Origin: Massalongia carnosa
Taxonomy: Eukaryota
DNA: 64,000 bases
Reading direction: 5' to 3'
Assembly: GCA_965645245.1 (NCBI GenBank)
Contig: OZ287071.1
Span: 992,001 to 1,056,000 of the forward strand
This document shows positions 36,996 to 50,252 of this stretch, piece after piece. The position numbers were made by a program, and so were the translations under genes. Position 1 is the first letter of the stretch. Each line of letters starts with the position of its first letter. The notes below the pieces were generated by a model that was given only the letters and a program-made list of their open reading frames with translations, had not been told where the DNA came from and made no database searches.

Positions 36996-39900
36996 CTAGG
37001 TGCTACGACGACCAGCCTCGTACACTTCTCGGACCGTTTCGAACAGCACCCCAACAATCTCTCTCTCTTCCTCCGCTTCGAGCCTAACTCCCCGGATGTC
37101 TCCCAGCAAACGCTTGAAACCTGCAAGTATTCCTTGAGCCCGGGGCCTCGGTTCCACCAATTGAGTCTTTTCAGGTTGCTGCCTGGGAAGCAGGAGACCC
37201 TGTAGGCCAACTGGGTTGGCAGCCACCACGGAGTGCGTTGAGGAAAGATCGTTGCCCAACGGTTGGGCTGCTGTGTTCTCCACTTCTGCTTGTACCTGAC
37301 AATCTTCTGCCATCTCACCATGGACCTTGTCCGGCTGAAGTGATGACATATTGTCTTCACGGTCGATCCTCGCGCTGTCCGCCGAGACCTTCTGAACGCC
37401 TCCGGCTGGCTTCGATGGAGTCGATGATATTCCTGTTTGATCTAAAGGATCACTGGTTGGTTTAATTTCAGTGCGTTTGAGATGGGATCTTGGTCGAGCC
37501 GCTTTAGCATCATTTCCCGAAGTATCAGCTATTCGACCCTTAGTGTTGGTCGCTTGATAGTCTGGCAAAAGACTGCTCTGAGGCTCCCAGCTCTCCATCG
37601 AAAGCGAGTGTAGGCGAGCTGATCGTCGTCGGGAGGGTACTGCAGGCGTCGTGGCGTTTCCGGTACGGGGTTCATAGCTGTGTTCCTCCCTCACTTTCAG
37701 GAGACCTACTTCTTCAGACGCTAACCCACGTTTGTGATTCGAAGATGATTTTGAGGGTCGACCTCGCTTTTTCTTATTAGCTAATTCTCTTCCGGTGGCC
37801 TTTGTAAGGCTGGCCGGGATTGATGGATGTTCTTGCTTTGCCGTTGAGGGGGATTCGTAAAGACTATGTTCATTGACCGAAACATAGTCATATCCTGCTT
37901 TGGTTGATGCTCTTGATTCCACAACAATCTGGAAGCGCTGAGGCTGCGGCACAACTTTCGCTTTCTTCACAGGTTGTTCCAAGATCTCAAACGAACCTTT
38001 TCGCTTGTTACTCATCTTCTCCTGTGGCTCGTCAGACGATGAATACCCGACAATCCTAGCTTTGGCTTGCGACGAAGCTCGTTGCAGATCATTGACGAGT
38101 TGGGCCGCAATCTGATCTTCCTCGCTAGGGGGGTGACTTGCTTCAGACTCTTGTGATGAACCCATGACACGACTAACGTCGTCCACTTTTGGGGCGTTTT
38201 CGTTACTCCAGTCCATTCCAACTTCATTTCCTCGTGCGCATGAAATACTGGATTCATGAATAATTTCTTTGGAAATGTGGCCATCTGGTGGTGCTATTAT
38301 TTCTCTCAATTCCACAGGTGTTTCGAAGGATGCAGAGCGCCGTTGAATACTAGCCTCAATAGTCGGCAAAGGCACCGCATGGGCATCAACGAATAAGTCA
38401 GGATTGGATGGCGAATGGATATCTAGAATGCTCTGAGCGAGAGTATCTGCGAGAACAAATTGTTTGCCAGGTTCTGATAAGTAATCTTGGCTTACGTCTA
38501 TTTCCATGCGAAACGGCTCTAATGAATTTTTTGAAGTTGTTGTAGGCTCGGCATCAACGTCGCTTCGAAATTCCGACTTAAGATTAATGTTATCCATCAG
38601 CATCTCCTTAGCAAATGCAGTAGCATCCTGTGCGAGCCCACTTGGTGACGAAGTTCGATGATTGGTATCAAAATCTCTCTCAATCCGTTTTCTGCCTAAG
38701 GGTGACGAAATCAAAGAGTTCAAACTCTTTCTACATGCCCTTAACGTAGGCGAGGACCCAAAGACGTCCTCTAGAGGGTTATTCGTGGAAGGAAGCGCTG
38801 AATGAGTCTCGACTGTAGTTAGATTTTTGAGAGTGCTTTGTCTTAGAATAAGCTTTGGTGAGACCTCACCACGCTCTCGAGTTTTGGATTTCGGTGTCGA
38901 CCTTAGATCAGGAAACATGATTCCTCCGTCAAGTGCTTGGCGTTCTCTGACCTCCTTTTGACGATCAGTGAGCAGTTGTGAGTCGGCAGCTTCCAATGCA
39001 AGAGGTGATGACTCAATAGCGGCAAACTGTATCTGAGAATCCTCATGTCGTAGACGTCTCTTAGGCGTTGTCTTGGGTGTTTGAACTTTTGGGGATTGTT
39101 GTAAAGGTTCTTCCAGAACGACTCTAGGAGGCCAGCTTGGATTTTCAAGCCGAACTTCCATCTTGTTGATCAATCGAGGCGTCCGAGCCACTCTCGGTGA
39201 AGGTTCCGAAGGAGTGAGATTGTACTGCTCACTACTTATTTGTGTTTCAACAAAATCGAGTGGTGAGGATTCGGTCTGGCAAGCATTAGTTTGCTAAATT
39301 TAGCTTCGCAAGCATTTCAAAGTACTAACAACTTCATCAATCCCGTCTGGAAAAGAGGGTAGGGAAATCTCAGTTAGCATCCTCAACTTCCGCAAAATAG
39401 GACGTAATACATCGGAATATTGGAGGTATTCAGCAGTTCCAAAGGTTCGATCCCACATCATTATTGATTCTTTTACAACCGCTTTCTGCCTGCTTCTTAA
39501 GCTAGAGATAATCAAAGTTTCAAGGATCAGCAGAAGGTTATCATCTATTTTGGTTGATGCTTCAATAGCACCTGCAATCACTCCCCACATATTCATAACC
39601 TACATATATCAGTGACTTTCACATGTTCATGGGTAGATGCTGAACTCACAATATTGTAAAGGTTTCTCGAGTTTTCCGCAGAAATCATCAAAAGTCCTTG
39701 CGCATCTTCAATCCAAATTGCGAGTCCCCGTTGTATATTTTTGATAGGGGTAATTCTCAATGAAAGTGGACATGAAGATATAAACGACACGATTGCTAAC
39801 ATAAAATCTATAACCGTTTGTGGCCTCGTGGATGGTAATCTAGAATATGCGGTCTTGGAAACTTCATTTATCATGGAATAAATATGATCGAAAGGATCAA

Positions 39901-42661
39901 GTGCATGCCTTTGAGACATGAAGCTTACACCCCAGAGCATTTTGCGTGCACGTTCCAGTGCATGTCGAGATTGAGGCCATCTAGTAGAATTTAATAAGAA
40001 AGTGGACGACGTAAGGTAAAAATCCCAGCATCTAGGGGCAAAAGACTGATTTAAAGCAGCTGCCAAAGGTTCTATGAGAGTGAGCGCGACAGCTTCATCA
40101 CCTATTTCTTGTTTCAAATGGTGAGCAACAATAGTCCCAAAGTCCTGCCATTCTATCACGGCATCTGTAAAATTGTGGCGAACAGCGATTTCCAAAATCT
40201 TGACAGCATCTCTGTATTCATAGCCAGCCATCTGGGGGCTTTCTCCGTGCTTTTCACAGGCCTTTGGCGAGTCGAAGGCTAATCCGGCCGCCTTGACAAT
40301 GAGATTCCATAGCAAAACCCGAGACTGTGAAATAGACTGCCCGTCAGGCATGATCAAGTTTACAAAATCTCGCAAAACGGCGAGTTGAGTTCGCCTAGAA
40401 GTCGCTGAACGTAGAGCAAGGTGCATAAGACTTTCTACCGCGCACCTATAATTATCAGAGATCTGAGAATCTTCCACAGATGAAACTAGGAGATCCAGTA
40501 AGCTTGATACTGGCGAGCTTAGCGGTCCTTGAGATCGAATAGAGCGAGTTGATGGTGTCTCGGCCGCCTCGAACGACTCTTGAGAACTTTGCGTCAAACG
40601 TTTCTCGGTAAACGGTATGATTCCGATTTTAGCCACTGCTTCTTGAACAAGAAGTTCGAATCGGGCAACGAGGTCTGAGACTCCATACGCCTCGGCTTCT
40701 GCTTGCTTCCGACCTTGATGCCAGAAAAGCTGAATAGTGTTGACTAGGTGTGCCATGGCCGTCATGGTTTCCATCGAAACCTTGACTTCCTTACTGCCGG
40801 CTTCACCGAGAGCGGCCATGAGACTTCGCCAGGCCAAAATAACAGGCGCTTCTTGATCTATCCTTGCATTCCAATCAGCGACGCAAAATATGGTCTCAAA
40901 TACCTTCAAAATAGTTGCGGATCGCGACCGTACCCACTTTGGATCCAGACAAGGAAGGTCTGCAGGTTTGATAAGCTCATTTACGTTAGCTCGATTCTCA
41001 TCCCAAGCCTTGGGCTGTGAGCAACTAAAGAGCGCGGCTAAAATGTCACAGGTGTAATCGATATCAGGCGAGCTAGTAGATTTATCGCACGATGACATCT
41101 GGGCAATGTATTCTTCCCAATACTGGTCAAGCTGAGCGTATGTAGCCGAAGGCCGAAAGGCATAGTAAAGTAAAGTACAGTAACTAGAACGAGCAACATG
41201 CTTCGCCTTCTTGGAGACTTTCTGGATGCTTTTGCGGTCCAGCTGAGATGCTATTGGTTGTCGAAGCATTGTGATCATCGCCGAGGAAGTAGACGAGTCC
41301 AAATTAATGGCGAAAATGAAACGATTCCAGGCAATGTTGGCCTGAAATTTGGTCTGTAAATCGCTTGAGTTGAAACACTTCTGTATTATCAATAGCCATG
41401 ATTTGAGATGCTCCCAACTTTCCAATTGATGGCGCCGACTTCTGAGAAAGAGTAAAACAATGATCCATATTTGGGGTACGTGATCACCATCATCCTTGGC
41501 AGTTGCCATTTGAGTAAGGCGTGAGGCTAGACAATCAACCACCTTCTTGCCCTCTGGCGATTCCCTATTGAACATTTCCACGCAAGTCTGCGAGACTAGT
41601 TTTGTAGTTCCTAAAGACAGACTTGCCTCTAGCCCAAAGCAGATAGCCCATGATCGGATATCTCTGAATTTGCTTAGAATGCCTGTGATCAAATGGCCAA
41701 TCCAGTCTCCGACCCGGGTGATCATTACTTGTTTTGCTTGCGTGAGGAGACGCCGGTAAATCATCAACCTTTGTGCAACCACACGGTTTCCTTTAATCAT
41801 AGTAGCCACCCTATCAAGCACCGTGATCAGTCGGTTTATCCGTTCCGTGCTTGTATGTTTGGAGGCGAAACTTTGCTTTGCAAGAAGTAGCATGTAATGG
41901 GTTGTCACAATCTTCGGGACGCTTTGATCCTCTAAGCTCGCTATTGACTGATCTATGATGTACGAGCAGAAATCATCGGAAAGACACTCTGCAATGCCAG
42001 GCGTGGCGAGGAAGAAAGTCAGTAGTTTTAGCACTTGAGCTACCAAATGCGTGTCCAAAGAACCAGTCTCCTCGTTCGTAGCCAGGATATCACGGCGGAA
42101 AAACCTCGTCAATTCAGGCAGCCTGTCCACCAACTTCTGAACATCGGGAATATTATCATAAGCACACAAACATCCTAGTAACGCTGTGTAGGCATCGATC
42201 CGGGAATTTCGAGAAGTGCTTTCTAAATGCTGCGTTACAGACTGAAGCATCACAGAAATGCTATTGTTCAGGTCAAGAGTCGGAAGTTCTCCCATTGGGG
42301 CAACGCTAAAGGACTCTACCGATGGTTTGAGAATGGATTTTGAGAATTTGTTGTCCCTCGAAGGTGGAAGAGGTCGTATCTGATTCTCTAAGCTAATACT
42401 CTTACTACCATTACCGTAGGGCTTGTGGTATTTTGTCCACGGGGAAAATCTCACTCGCTTGGAGTGCGATTCGAACGACCCACAACAGTTTTCAGCAGAG
42501 GAAGAAGGAGAGTCGTCAGGTGTATCAAGGAATTGGTCGTAAGCTGTATAAAAGAAGTTGTCGCTATCATGCAGGAGTTTCGCTGGGTCTTGAATGCGTT
42601 CCTTGGGCGGTGTTGGTGGACGTGTAGTAAAGGAAGCCAGGCGTGGCTGAATGTCCACCAT
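36996..42661 (-). CDS. RIF1: Telomere-length and replication-timing regulator Rif1; introns 39600-39649 and 39276-39329
   Basis: N-terminal RPPTPP, KRVRF (RVxF) and KSILK (SILK) PP1-docking motifs, a helical Rif1_N region (HLKSWLLIIQKCFNSS...KFQANIAWNRF) and a long disordered tail (RLRHEDSQIQFAAIESSP). The three ORFs splice in frame. Confidence 0.92.
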
Positions 42662-42854
42662 GGTTGAGAAGGTAATTTATCAAGTAACCCATGAGTCAAT
42701 TCTACATAGGATTTCCTAGAGGGAAAGATGATTCAATTTTTGTAACTCTCCAGAATGAGAATTGGATAAACACTCACCAACGTTGAATTGTCGAGGTACT
42801 TTGGACTATGTAAGTAATAGCTTGTCAGTTGGCGTTTACACTGGAAGAAGTAAA

Positions 42855-42870
42855 ACGCGAAAAATCGCGT
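42855..42870. promoter_or_regulatory. Inverted pair of MCB/SCB-like sites ACGCGA-AAAA-TCGCGT in the RIF1/RIC8 divergent promoter
   Basis: Read directly, about 200 bp upstream of RIF1. CGCG cores are bound by MBF/SBF-type G1/S factors. Confidence 0.5.
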
Positions 42871-43210
42871 ACAAGGATGATGTCAATCTATAACCAATTA
42901 AGCCTGTATGGAGTTAGAGGAGTGTGAAAATCTAACCAACCACAGTAAATCTAATAAAATGATATGTGCACACTCTCCCCGGAGCCAAAAGTCTTCGTCT
43001 TATGATACCTTCATCCTTCAGTACCAAACTCACGCTGGATGTGGTTATACATTGTTCACGGCTTCTTAGCACCAAATGCCTAAAATCAAGTGTAAGGAGA
43101 TGAGCCATGCTACAAAAAAACATTACCACCTTTCTGCCAACCTCCTATCATTCGCACTTGTTAGGGTTATCAATTTTAGAAATCAACGACCTGGACATTA
43201 ACCATCGATC

Positions 43211-45034
43211 ATGGCTGCTGTGTCAGGAGCTCAGCCAAGCCAGGAAACCAGTGGCTCCAGTTAGTTGCCAGGGTTATCGAATCACCCTGAAATGTATACT
43301 AATTAGAGCCACCTCTAAAGACACCGATAATGAGGTTGGCCGACTTATGAGTACCCTGGAAGTGGATTTGCGGGAGGGGAAACTGAGTGCAAATGGTGGG
43401 AAAACTGCTTCTGGCTAACTGGAGCTAGATTGACGATCTAACTTGTCCTAGAACGCATTGCTGTTCTGAATGAGTTGAAGAGCCTCATACGCGGACCCGA
43501 GAACGCCAGCTCAGTTTTCTGCCGGAAGGTAATAATCTTGCTATATAAGCCCCGCTGTAGTAGCCTGAGCGAGTCTCACTGGAGTTCTACCGCAGGGTGT
43601 GAACATTCTGTGTCAGCACAGCTTTGACGCCAGATTTCTTACTTCCTCGCGAGAAGCGTCGAAATGCCTAGCAAACGTGCTACTACTTGACAATAAGACT
43701 CGACAGATGTTTGTTGATCTAGGTTATGCCAAAAAAACTGCAATGAGGCTGAGGGTGAGCGAATCAAATTACCTTTGTGTTCTAGTCTTGATGACCAGTG
43801 TCTGTCTAGAATGATAATCGAGAAGACGAGTTGTTGAATTCTCGTATTCTCTTTTTGTTAACTTACGACACGACGTTAGATTTCAATGAATTTTTTATGG
43901 AGAACGACCTGGCTGAGTGTATCAACACGGTTTGTCGACCTCGCCGGAAATAGTAGGTTGAAGCTTACCTGAGTCTAGAATCTAGCTTTTCATGCAGAAT
44001 CCTGTTCGGGGTCATTTCCTACTCACCCACCGTCAGCGATTGACACAATGGCTCTATCTGAGACTCTCAAATTACTCTTCAATCTAACCCAGTTTTACCC
44101 TCATCATACTGCAGATTTCTCAAAATCCATACCCCATATTCTTAAAATGGTCTCAAATAAGCAAACTCACTCAGCTCCACTTGAGCCACCCATAAATTAC
44201 TTAATCAATTCTCTCCTTAATCTCGACCTTGAAAGCAGAAGTGCTAAGGACACCATGTTGAGCCCCTTTTTCCCTGACTCTAATCACAACTGCCACGCTG
44301 ACTGCCTTATGACCATTCTCGAAACGTCAATACGCCAATACAAAGAGGAGCAACTTGAGACGCTCGTCACCCCCTTGGTCACTCTCCTGCAAAAAGTTTA
44401 TGTGGCCGCCCCTCCTTCGGTTAAGAAAAATTTACGAGCCTCTCTCCTTCCATCAAACGAAGAGCGTGCTCAACCTCTCGGTTGTTCCGACACGTTTGCA
44501 TCCCGGCTATTACGATTGTCGACTTCTCCTGTCGCCCCAAATTTACGGGAGAGCATTTCGAGTTTAATGTTCGAGCTTTCAGATCAAAACCCTACCACCT
44601 TCGTACGCAATGTTGGCTATGGATTCGCATCTGGGTTTCTGATGTCGCATGACCTATCAACTCCAGACGTCTTACTCAAAGAAAGCATTAAAAATCCAAA
44701 TGACAATGGCATGGAAGATCCGGGAGAGACGCTAACTCACGTTGATGGGCAGGAGATCAATCCCATCACGGGTCAGCGGAAAGACATGGAGCCTATCGAC
44801 ACAGGGCCAGAAATGACTGCTGCTGAAAAGGAGAGAGAAGCGGAGAGGCTCTTTGTATTATTTGAACGGTGAGTAGGCATGTTTCTTCACCTAAAATGCC
44901 TACGCATGCATGGTGAGTGCTAATTATTGGTGCGACGCAGTTTGAAAGCCACCGGCGTAGTCAGCGTTGTTAATCCTGTTGACCAAGCTCTACGGGAAGG
45001 TCGATTTGAAGAGCTAGATGAAGAGAAAGGTTGA
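43211..45034 (+). CDS. RIC8: G-alpha guanine-nucleotide exchange factor/chaperone Ric8 (synembryn), multi-exon
   Basis: Motifs SREA.KCLANVLLL, SRILFLLTY, ETLKLLFN, FVRNVGYGFASGFL, INPITGQ and EMT..EKEREAERLFVLFER|LKATGVV...NPV..A..EGRFEEL. Confidence 0.92.
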
Positions 45035-46206
45035 ATGCCGACTGTTTCTGCTGGAGGGTATGTACCCGCTCGATCAACTTTATCAACCACACGTTGGGAC
45101 TCCGAGTGTCCAATGTCCCATGTTGTTTACCTAACACTCGAGCATGATAACGAATTTGGCCGGCATTTTTATTCGTTCCGAATTGATGCTACCTAGAGCT
45201 CATACGACTAGGTGCAATTTGCTAAGCCCTGCTAAGCACAGTGCGAAAAGGCTGTCTGCTGAGGCGGGTTGGCCATCGGGTATCTACAATACAACTGTAC
45301 ATTAGCGCAACTGAGCGATTAGGCTTCTTCAGCTCGTTCAACAGCTCTAATAGCCAAAGTATGTATCCTAGATCTGACAATGTATTTCAGCTCCACAAGG
45401 TTGAACCAGAATTATTGTTATATATGCAATCACGTTAGGCAGTTCTATTTCCACGTGGATTTAAGGGAACCATTCGTGAAGTTCTCCCGCCTTTTGGCTG
45501 CAGATGGTTCAAGCTTCAAAATGATAATGTTATCAATCTTAAGAGATAAGGCCTGTTACGTCGTTTCGCAGCTGAGGCGACGTGCCTAATCGTCAGGGCA
45601 AAAAAAGCATGAGCTCTAATCCCGGCATGAAACAAGCCGCGGACCAACCCATTTTCACTCGATCCTATATCCAGCGGCATAATCTTTCTTGGCAATGCGG
45701 AATGAAAGCACTTCTTATCAGATTTTTTGTTGCTATCTCTCATACTCTGAATAAGGCTTCTCAAATCCACATCGCCGAATTATCATATGATTGATCTAGT
45801 GAGAACCGCCGGTACAGCCGCGACATGTTTTCTGACGATATTCGCTCAGCGATGATGATATCCATTACCTATTCATTGAGGCGAGAATCACCAGGCCGTG
45901 AATAGCATCCGTCTTTCTTTGACCTTTGTTTGGTCTAACTCTTCAACTCCGATTATTGTAAGGCGAAATGAACAATGTCTACATTATTAAAAGTTACTCA
46001 GTAGCTCATGGAACGTTTGTTCCACCAGTCACCCGTAACAAGATACCCACAACTTTGGATCAGCGGAGAAAAGGCAGCACTGGACGAATATATATACCCT
46101 GGCTATCCTGTTCTCTTTTCTTCCCTCTCCTTCTGTTCCTAAAACTCAAATAAAAACATATGTGCACAGAAACTTTTCGAAAATGATCCATTGATTCATT
46201 GCAACG

Positions 46207-46923
46207 ATGCGCTCGATAATCTTTCTTAGCTACATGTTCTCCATAGTGCTCACCGTCCCTGTCATACCGAGCGGAGACATTCAAGACGATAACTCGTTTG
46301 GAAGGCCAATCACCGCCGAGGGCAACCCAATCGATACCTATGGTAGCTTTTCCAACTCAGCACCTCAAATTACTTCATCCAACCTAGTAGGCGTTGATTG
46401 GCTCAACAAGGAAACCAACACAGAGCTCGAGGCAACCAACTCGGGAGTCACGTTGTTTGCACCTAGCAATGCAATCGTCCCTGAAACTCCCCTCGACCTA
46501 ATCGGATCCTTGCCTGTAGCTGGAAACAATCTCAACCCAACGCCAAGCAAACCTTGCCCCAACCTACGGACCCTCTGCTCAAAGAAAATGCAATATATGA
46601 CCATGGTCTACATTACCGACGCCTATCCCTGTATGGTCCGCCCTCTCGCTGCTCTTTCACCCGGTTTCCCCGGTTTCGCCTTGCTGGCCTCATAATAAAG
46701 GACTAACTGAATGGAACACAGATGATGCGGCAAAGGACACCTCATTCCATAAGTGCGGCAGAATGCAGATTTACTGCTGCATAAGCCTCGTAGTATGTTT
46801 TCCTTCTCCCAGCTCTGCGGCGTTTAGTGTTGGGGAGATTTTGCCCGGACAGGCATGTTAACGCTATATACTACGTGCAACTAGGGAACCGAGGGGAAAA
46901 CCTGCTACAACGCCTACGACTGA
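46207..46923 (+). CDS. Small secreted protein, 177 aa, with a 6-Cys C-terminal module; introns 46631-46721 and 46793-46884
   Basis: Signal-peptide-like MRSIIFLSYMFSIVLTVP and TATA-like TATATATA near 46089. GTATGG..CTAAC..CAG and GTATGT..TTAAC..TAG introns extend the ORF in frame to ...KCGRMQIYCCISLVGTEGKTCYNAYD*. Confidence 0.75.
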
Positions 46924-47295
46924 GAGGGACCCATACGAAAAGGCTAGGACAAGAGACCGATCGGTCTAGCGGTGGAGATTGACAAGACTCGCTGATGCCT
47001 GTTTTTTTGTTTGTTTGTTTTTTCTTTTTTGTGTAGCTTTTTTTAAGGTCAGCAGTCAGAGGTTCAGCGGCATGTGTTAGGACTGGTTCTGTTTCTATTC
47101 CTTCACACACGCAGACTTAATGTACCTAGCTAAGTCCATTGTATGAAAGTTTTTTTTCTTTCTTTTTCTTTTTCTTTTTCCTTTCCCTTTTCCTTCCCTC
47201 TCTCCCCTTTTGTATACATAACCTACCACGAACGAGCTTGCACATTCCTAATCAACCCCTACCTTCAGCTTATTCGTTCTCGACTCCTACTCTCC

Positions 47296-47326
47296 CACAC
47301 ACACACACACACACTCTCTCTCTCTC
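47296..47326. repeat. Compound (CA)n(CT)n microsatellite
   Basis: Read directly. Confidence 0.9.
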
Positions 47327-48118
47327 TGCTTGATATGTGCGTAATGTGCATGTATAGGTAGGTGCGTATGTTTCAGCAAAACCCGGTTCACTATTTCCCC
47401 ACCCCCCCAAAACCCCGGCTACGACACCCCAAGGCAAATCAACCAGTCAGTCCAGTCAATCTTATATCTCACATCTCCATCTATTTACACCACCGAACGA
47501 ACTCCCCTTTTTCGTTCCGTCGTTTCTCCATTTCCCGTCTCTTGCTGGCCATCCACTTCTCTTCCCCCTTTACCTTGCCTTGCCTGTAGCTAGCTAGCTA
47601 ATCAGTCAGCTGGTAGCTCCTACTAACCGACTAACGCATCCATTCATCCTCGTCCTCGTCTTTGCCACCCCTCCCCCCCCCCAAAATATAGAGAAAACCA
47701 TTAGGGGAGGGGGGGGGGGAAAAGGAGAGGGAGAAGAGGTAGTAGGTCATCTATCGTCTCCGCTAGAGCGAGTCTACCTTCGTTTATGCACTCGTAATGA
47801 CTATCTGACCTTCCTGCCCTGCCCTGTCTGCTATCGTATTATATCATATTCATGTATCATATCACACGTATTACGTATTACATCTTCCATACCGGGTATA
47901 CGACGAGAGAGAGATAGAGAGAAAGCTACAGGTCTCATTCACCCAGCTAGATATACCAAGCCAGCTCCCAAGCTGTCTTCCGGAGCCATACAGATGCGAA
48001 CGCCATGCCCACCCCACCTCAACCTTCCCTGAATAAAAAAAAAATCAGTTAGCATTCGCGACAAACTTCCACACTCCTAGGATACAATCTTTCCGTTGCT
48101 GGGTATCGAACGAAAAAA

Positions 48119-50252
48119 TCACAAAGGCCCCCATACACTGACTTTTGGCATGCAAAGCACCTCCGCCCTCGACAGACCGGCCAACAACCCCACGTGCACA
48201 ACGGCCAGAACTAATGAAAAGCCCAGCGACGCCCGATTCAGCGAGACGTCCAGCGCGGCGAGAATGAGCAAAGGGGACTGCACGAGCCGATTGGGCGCCA
48301 TGGGATTGCACAGCGTATTGATCGAAATGACCTTCAGCAGCAGCAGCGCCGCCCGCAATGTCCGTCGGGTCGCGGGGTCTTCAAGGCCTAGTCGCCAGCT
48401 GAGCCCGAGTGACGGAGGTGCGGTCAGTTGAGGAATCTCGGCCAGTTCCGCCGGTGGAGGCAATTGTCGCCGCAGAACTAGGCTTGCTTCCGGGCTGGTG
48501 GGCCGTGGGCTTTCATCTTCGAGCTTTGGCGAGGGGCGTGAGCGGTCCTTCGCATAAGAGCCTAGACGCAACTTTACGGGTACCCCTGGTCGCGCAAAGC
48601 CAGTGGACGTCTGGCGCGCGGGAGATTGAGGCGCGGAAACTCCTGCACGAGGACTTTCGACGGGCGAAATTCGGGAGCTGTTCCGAAGATCACCAAACAT
48701 ATGACCCGACGATGATGGCCTTGAATCTGCGATTTCGTCTAGTCCCGATCCGGTCTTGATACCGAGCAGGATATCTTCGGCGCTTGGCCTGTCGTCCGGA
48801 TCGAGCGAGAGTAACCGCCGAAGAAAGGTGTAGAGTTTTTCCGGTAGATCAGGGCGCAGTTTTCTCTCCTCGTGAAGTCCTGCCCACGAGGTGATCTCAT
48901 CGCGAAGCTCGTTCAAATCCTCCTGGTCTTCGTTCAGAAGGTCCGCGTTCTGGTAAGGAAGCCGAGCGAAAGAGAGGAAGTAGAGAATCATTCCCAAGGA
49001 GAAGACATCCGACTTGGTTGTAAAATTCCCATATGTGCCGGAAGGATATTCGCGTCGAAGGACCTCCGGAGCGCAATACGAAATGGTCCCTGTCGCTCCT
49101 GTCGATTTTCGGACCATGTTTTCGATTTGAGCCTCGCCGAAGTCACTAACAAGCACCCGAAGCCCTTTCCCGCTATCGTGCAACAAACAGTTACTCGGCT
49201 TCAGGTCTCGATGAATGTAGCCATTGACATGCAGATGATTGAGCCCCGAAGTGATGTCCTTGAAGAAGGAGTAAATCTCCTCGAAATGAAGTTTCCGTCC
49301 ATGAAGATCTCGCGGCGGCTCCGGTTGGTTCTTCGACCGCCGTCGGACGCGTTCTTTGAGCTGTTGAGTTGAGTCTAGTATTTGTGCCGAGTAGCTGAGG
49401 TAGTGATGAAGATCTCCGGCATTGCAGAACTGCTGTAAAATAAAAGCACAAGCGACGGAAGGACCAAAATTGGACAACTTAACGTCTTCCAGCCATACAT
49501 GTCGATAAGAGACTAGGTGCTGGTGCGATAGGTACTGAAGAAGCTGGACTTCCAACAAAACCTTCTCCAGCCACGCATGATCGTCCCCGACAGGCACCCT
49601 CTTACAGGCAAAGTGGCCCAGAGCAACGCCATCCAAAACGTGTTTGACCAACAACACAACCCCCTTACCTCCTCTACCGAGCTCTCGTTCCTCGACGAAG
49701 AATCGTTTGAAATAACCGGGGCTAAAGGCCGAGGAGGAGATACCGGTTGGGGAGGGGATTGGTGTCTGTACGTGAGCTGTGAAGTTGGCATTGGGAGGAG
49801 AACTTGTGGGAGCGCTATTGAGATTTCGAACCGGTTGCACTAGACGTCTCCGTGGCGACGGTGGGCCCGAAGAGTTTTCCGAGCTAGGTAAGCTCTGGCG
49901 GAGCATGTGGAAATAATCCGGATTGACGAATCCGGCGGCTACGTCAGGATTGGGTGAATGCGAATCCTGCGCATGAGATTGATCGTCTGCTCGCAACGGT
50001 CGATGACAGTATGGGCAATCTGCAAGCTCCAATTTCCCCTGGGCTGACACATCGCGCAGTACCAGTTGCTTCGAGAGAGGATCATACACCACGACGGCGT
50101 CATTGTGGCGGCTGGAGACGCCCATATCAGCTATGCTCCATCCTATCGATCATTCACTCCGGCAGGCTCACTGACAGGACTATCTCCCGACTCGTGGTGT
50201 AGGGTACGATTGACATGCTCCTCTGCATGTCATTTGCGTTGTTGCGAGCCAT
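48119..50252 (-). CDS. IKS1: Ser/Thr protein kinase Iks1; intron 50112-50175
   Basis: Exon 1 MSIVPY...EIVL|RH, then CPYC, YFKRFFVEERELGRGGKGVVLLV.HVLDG..LG.FACKRVPVGDDHAWLEKVL.EV, HRDLKPSN, DFGE and GTISYCAPE. Start could be 50252, 50228 or 50216. Confidence 0.9.

Noticed and set aside
45781..45840. ATGATTGA...CTGA with short terminal complementarity, C/D snoRNA-like
   Set aside because: C box is imperfect, the span is short, and I recognised no rRNA-complementary guide.
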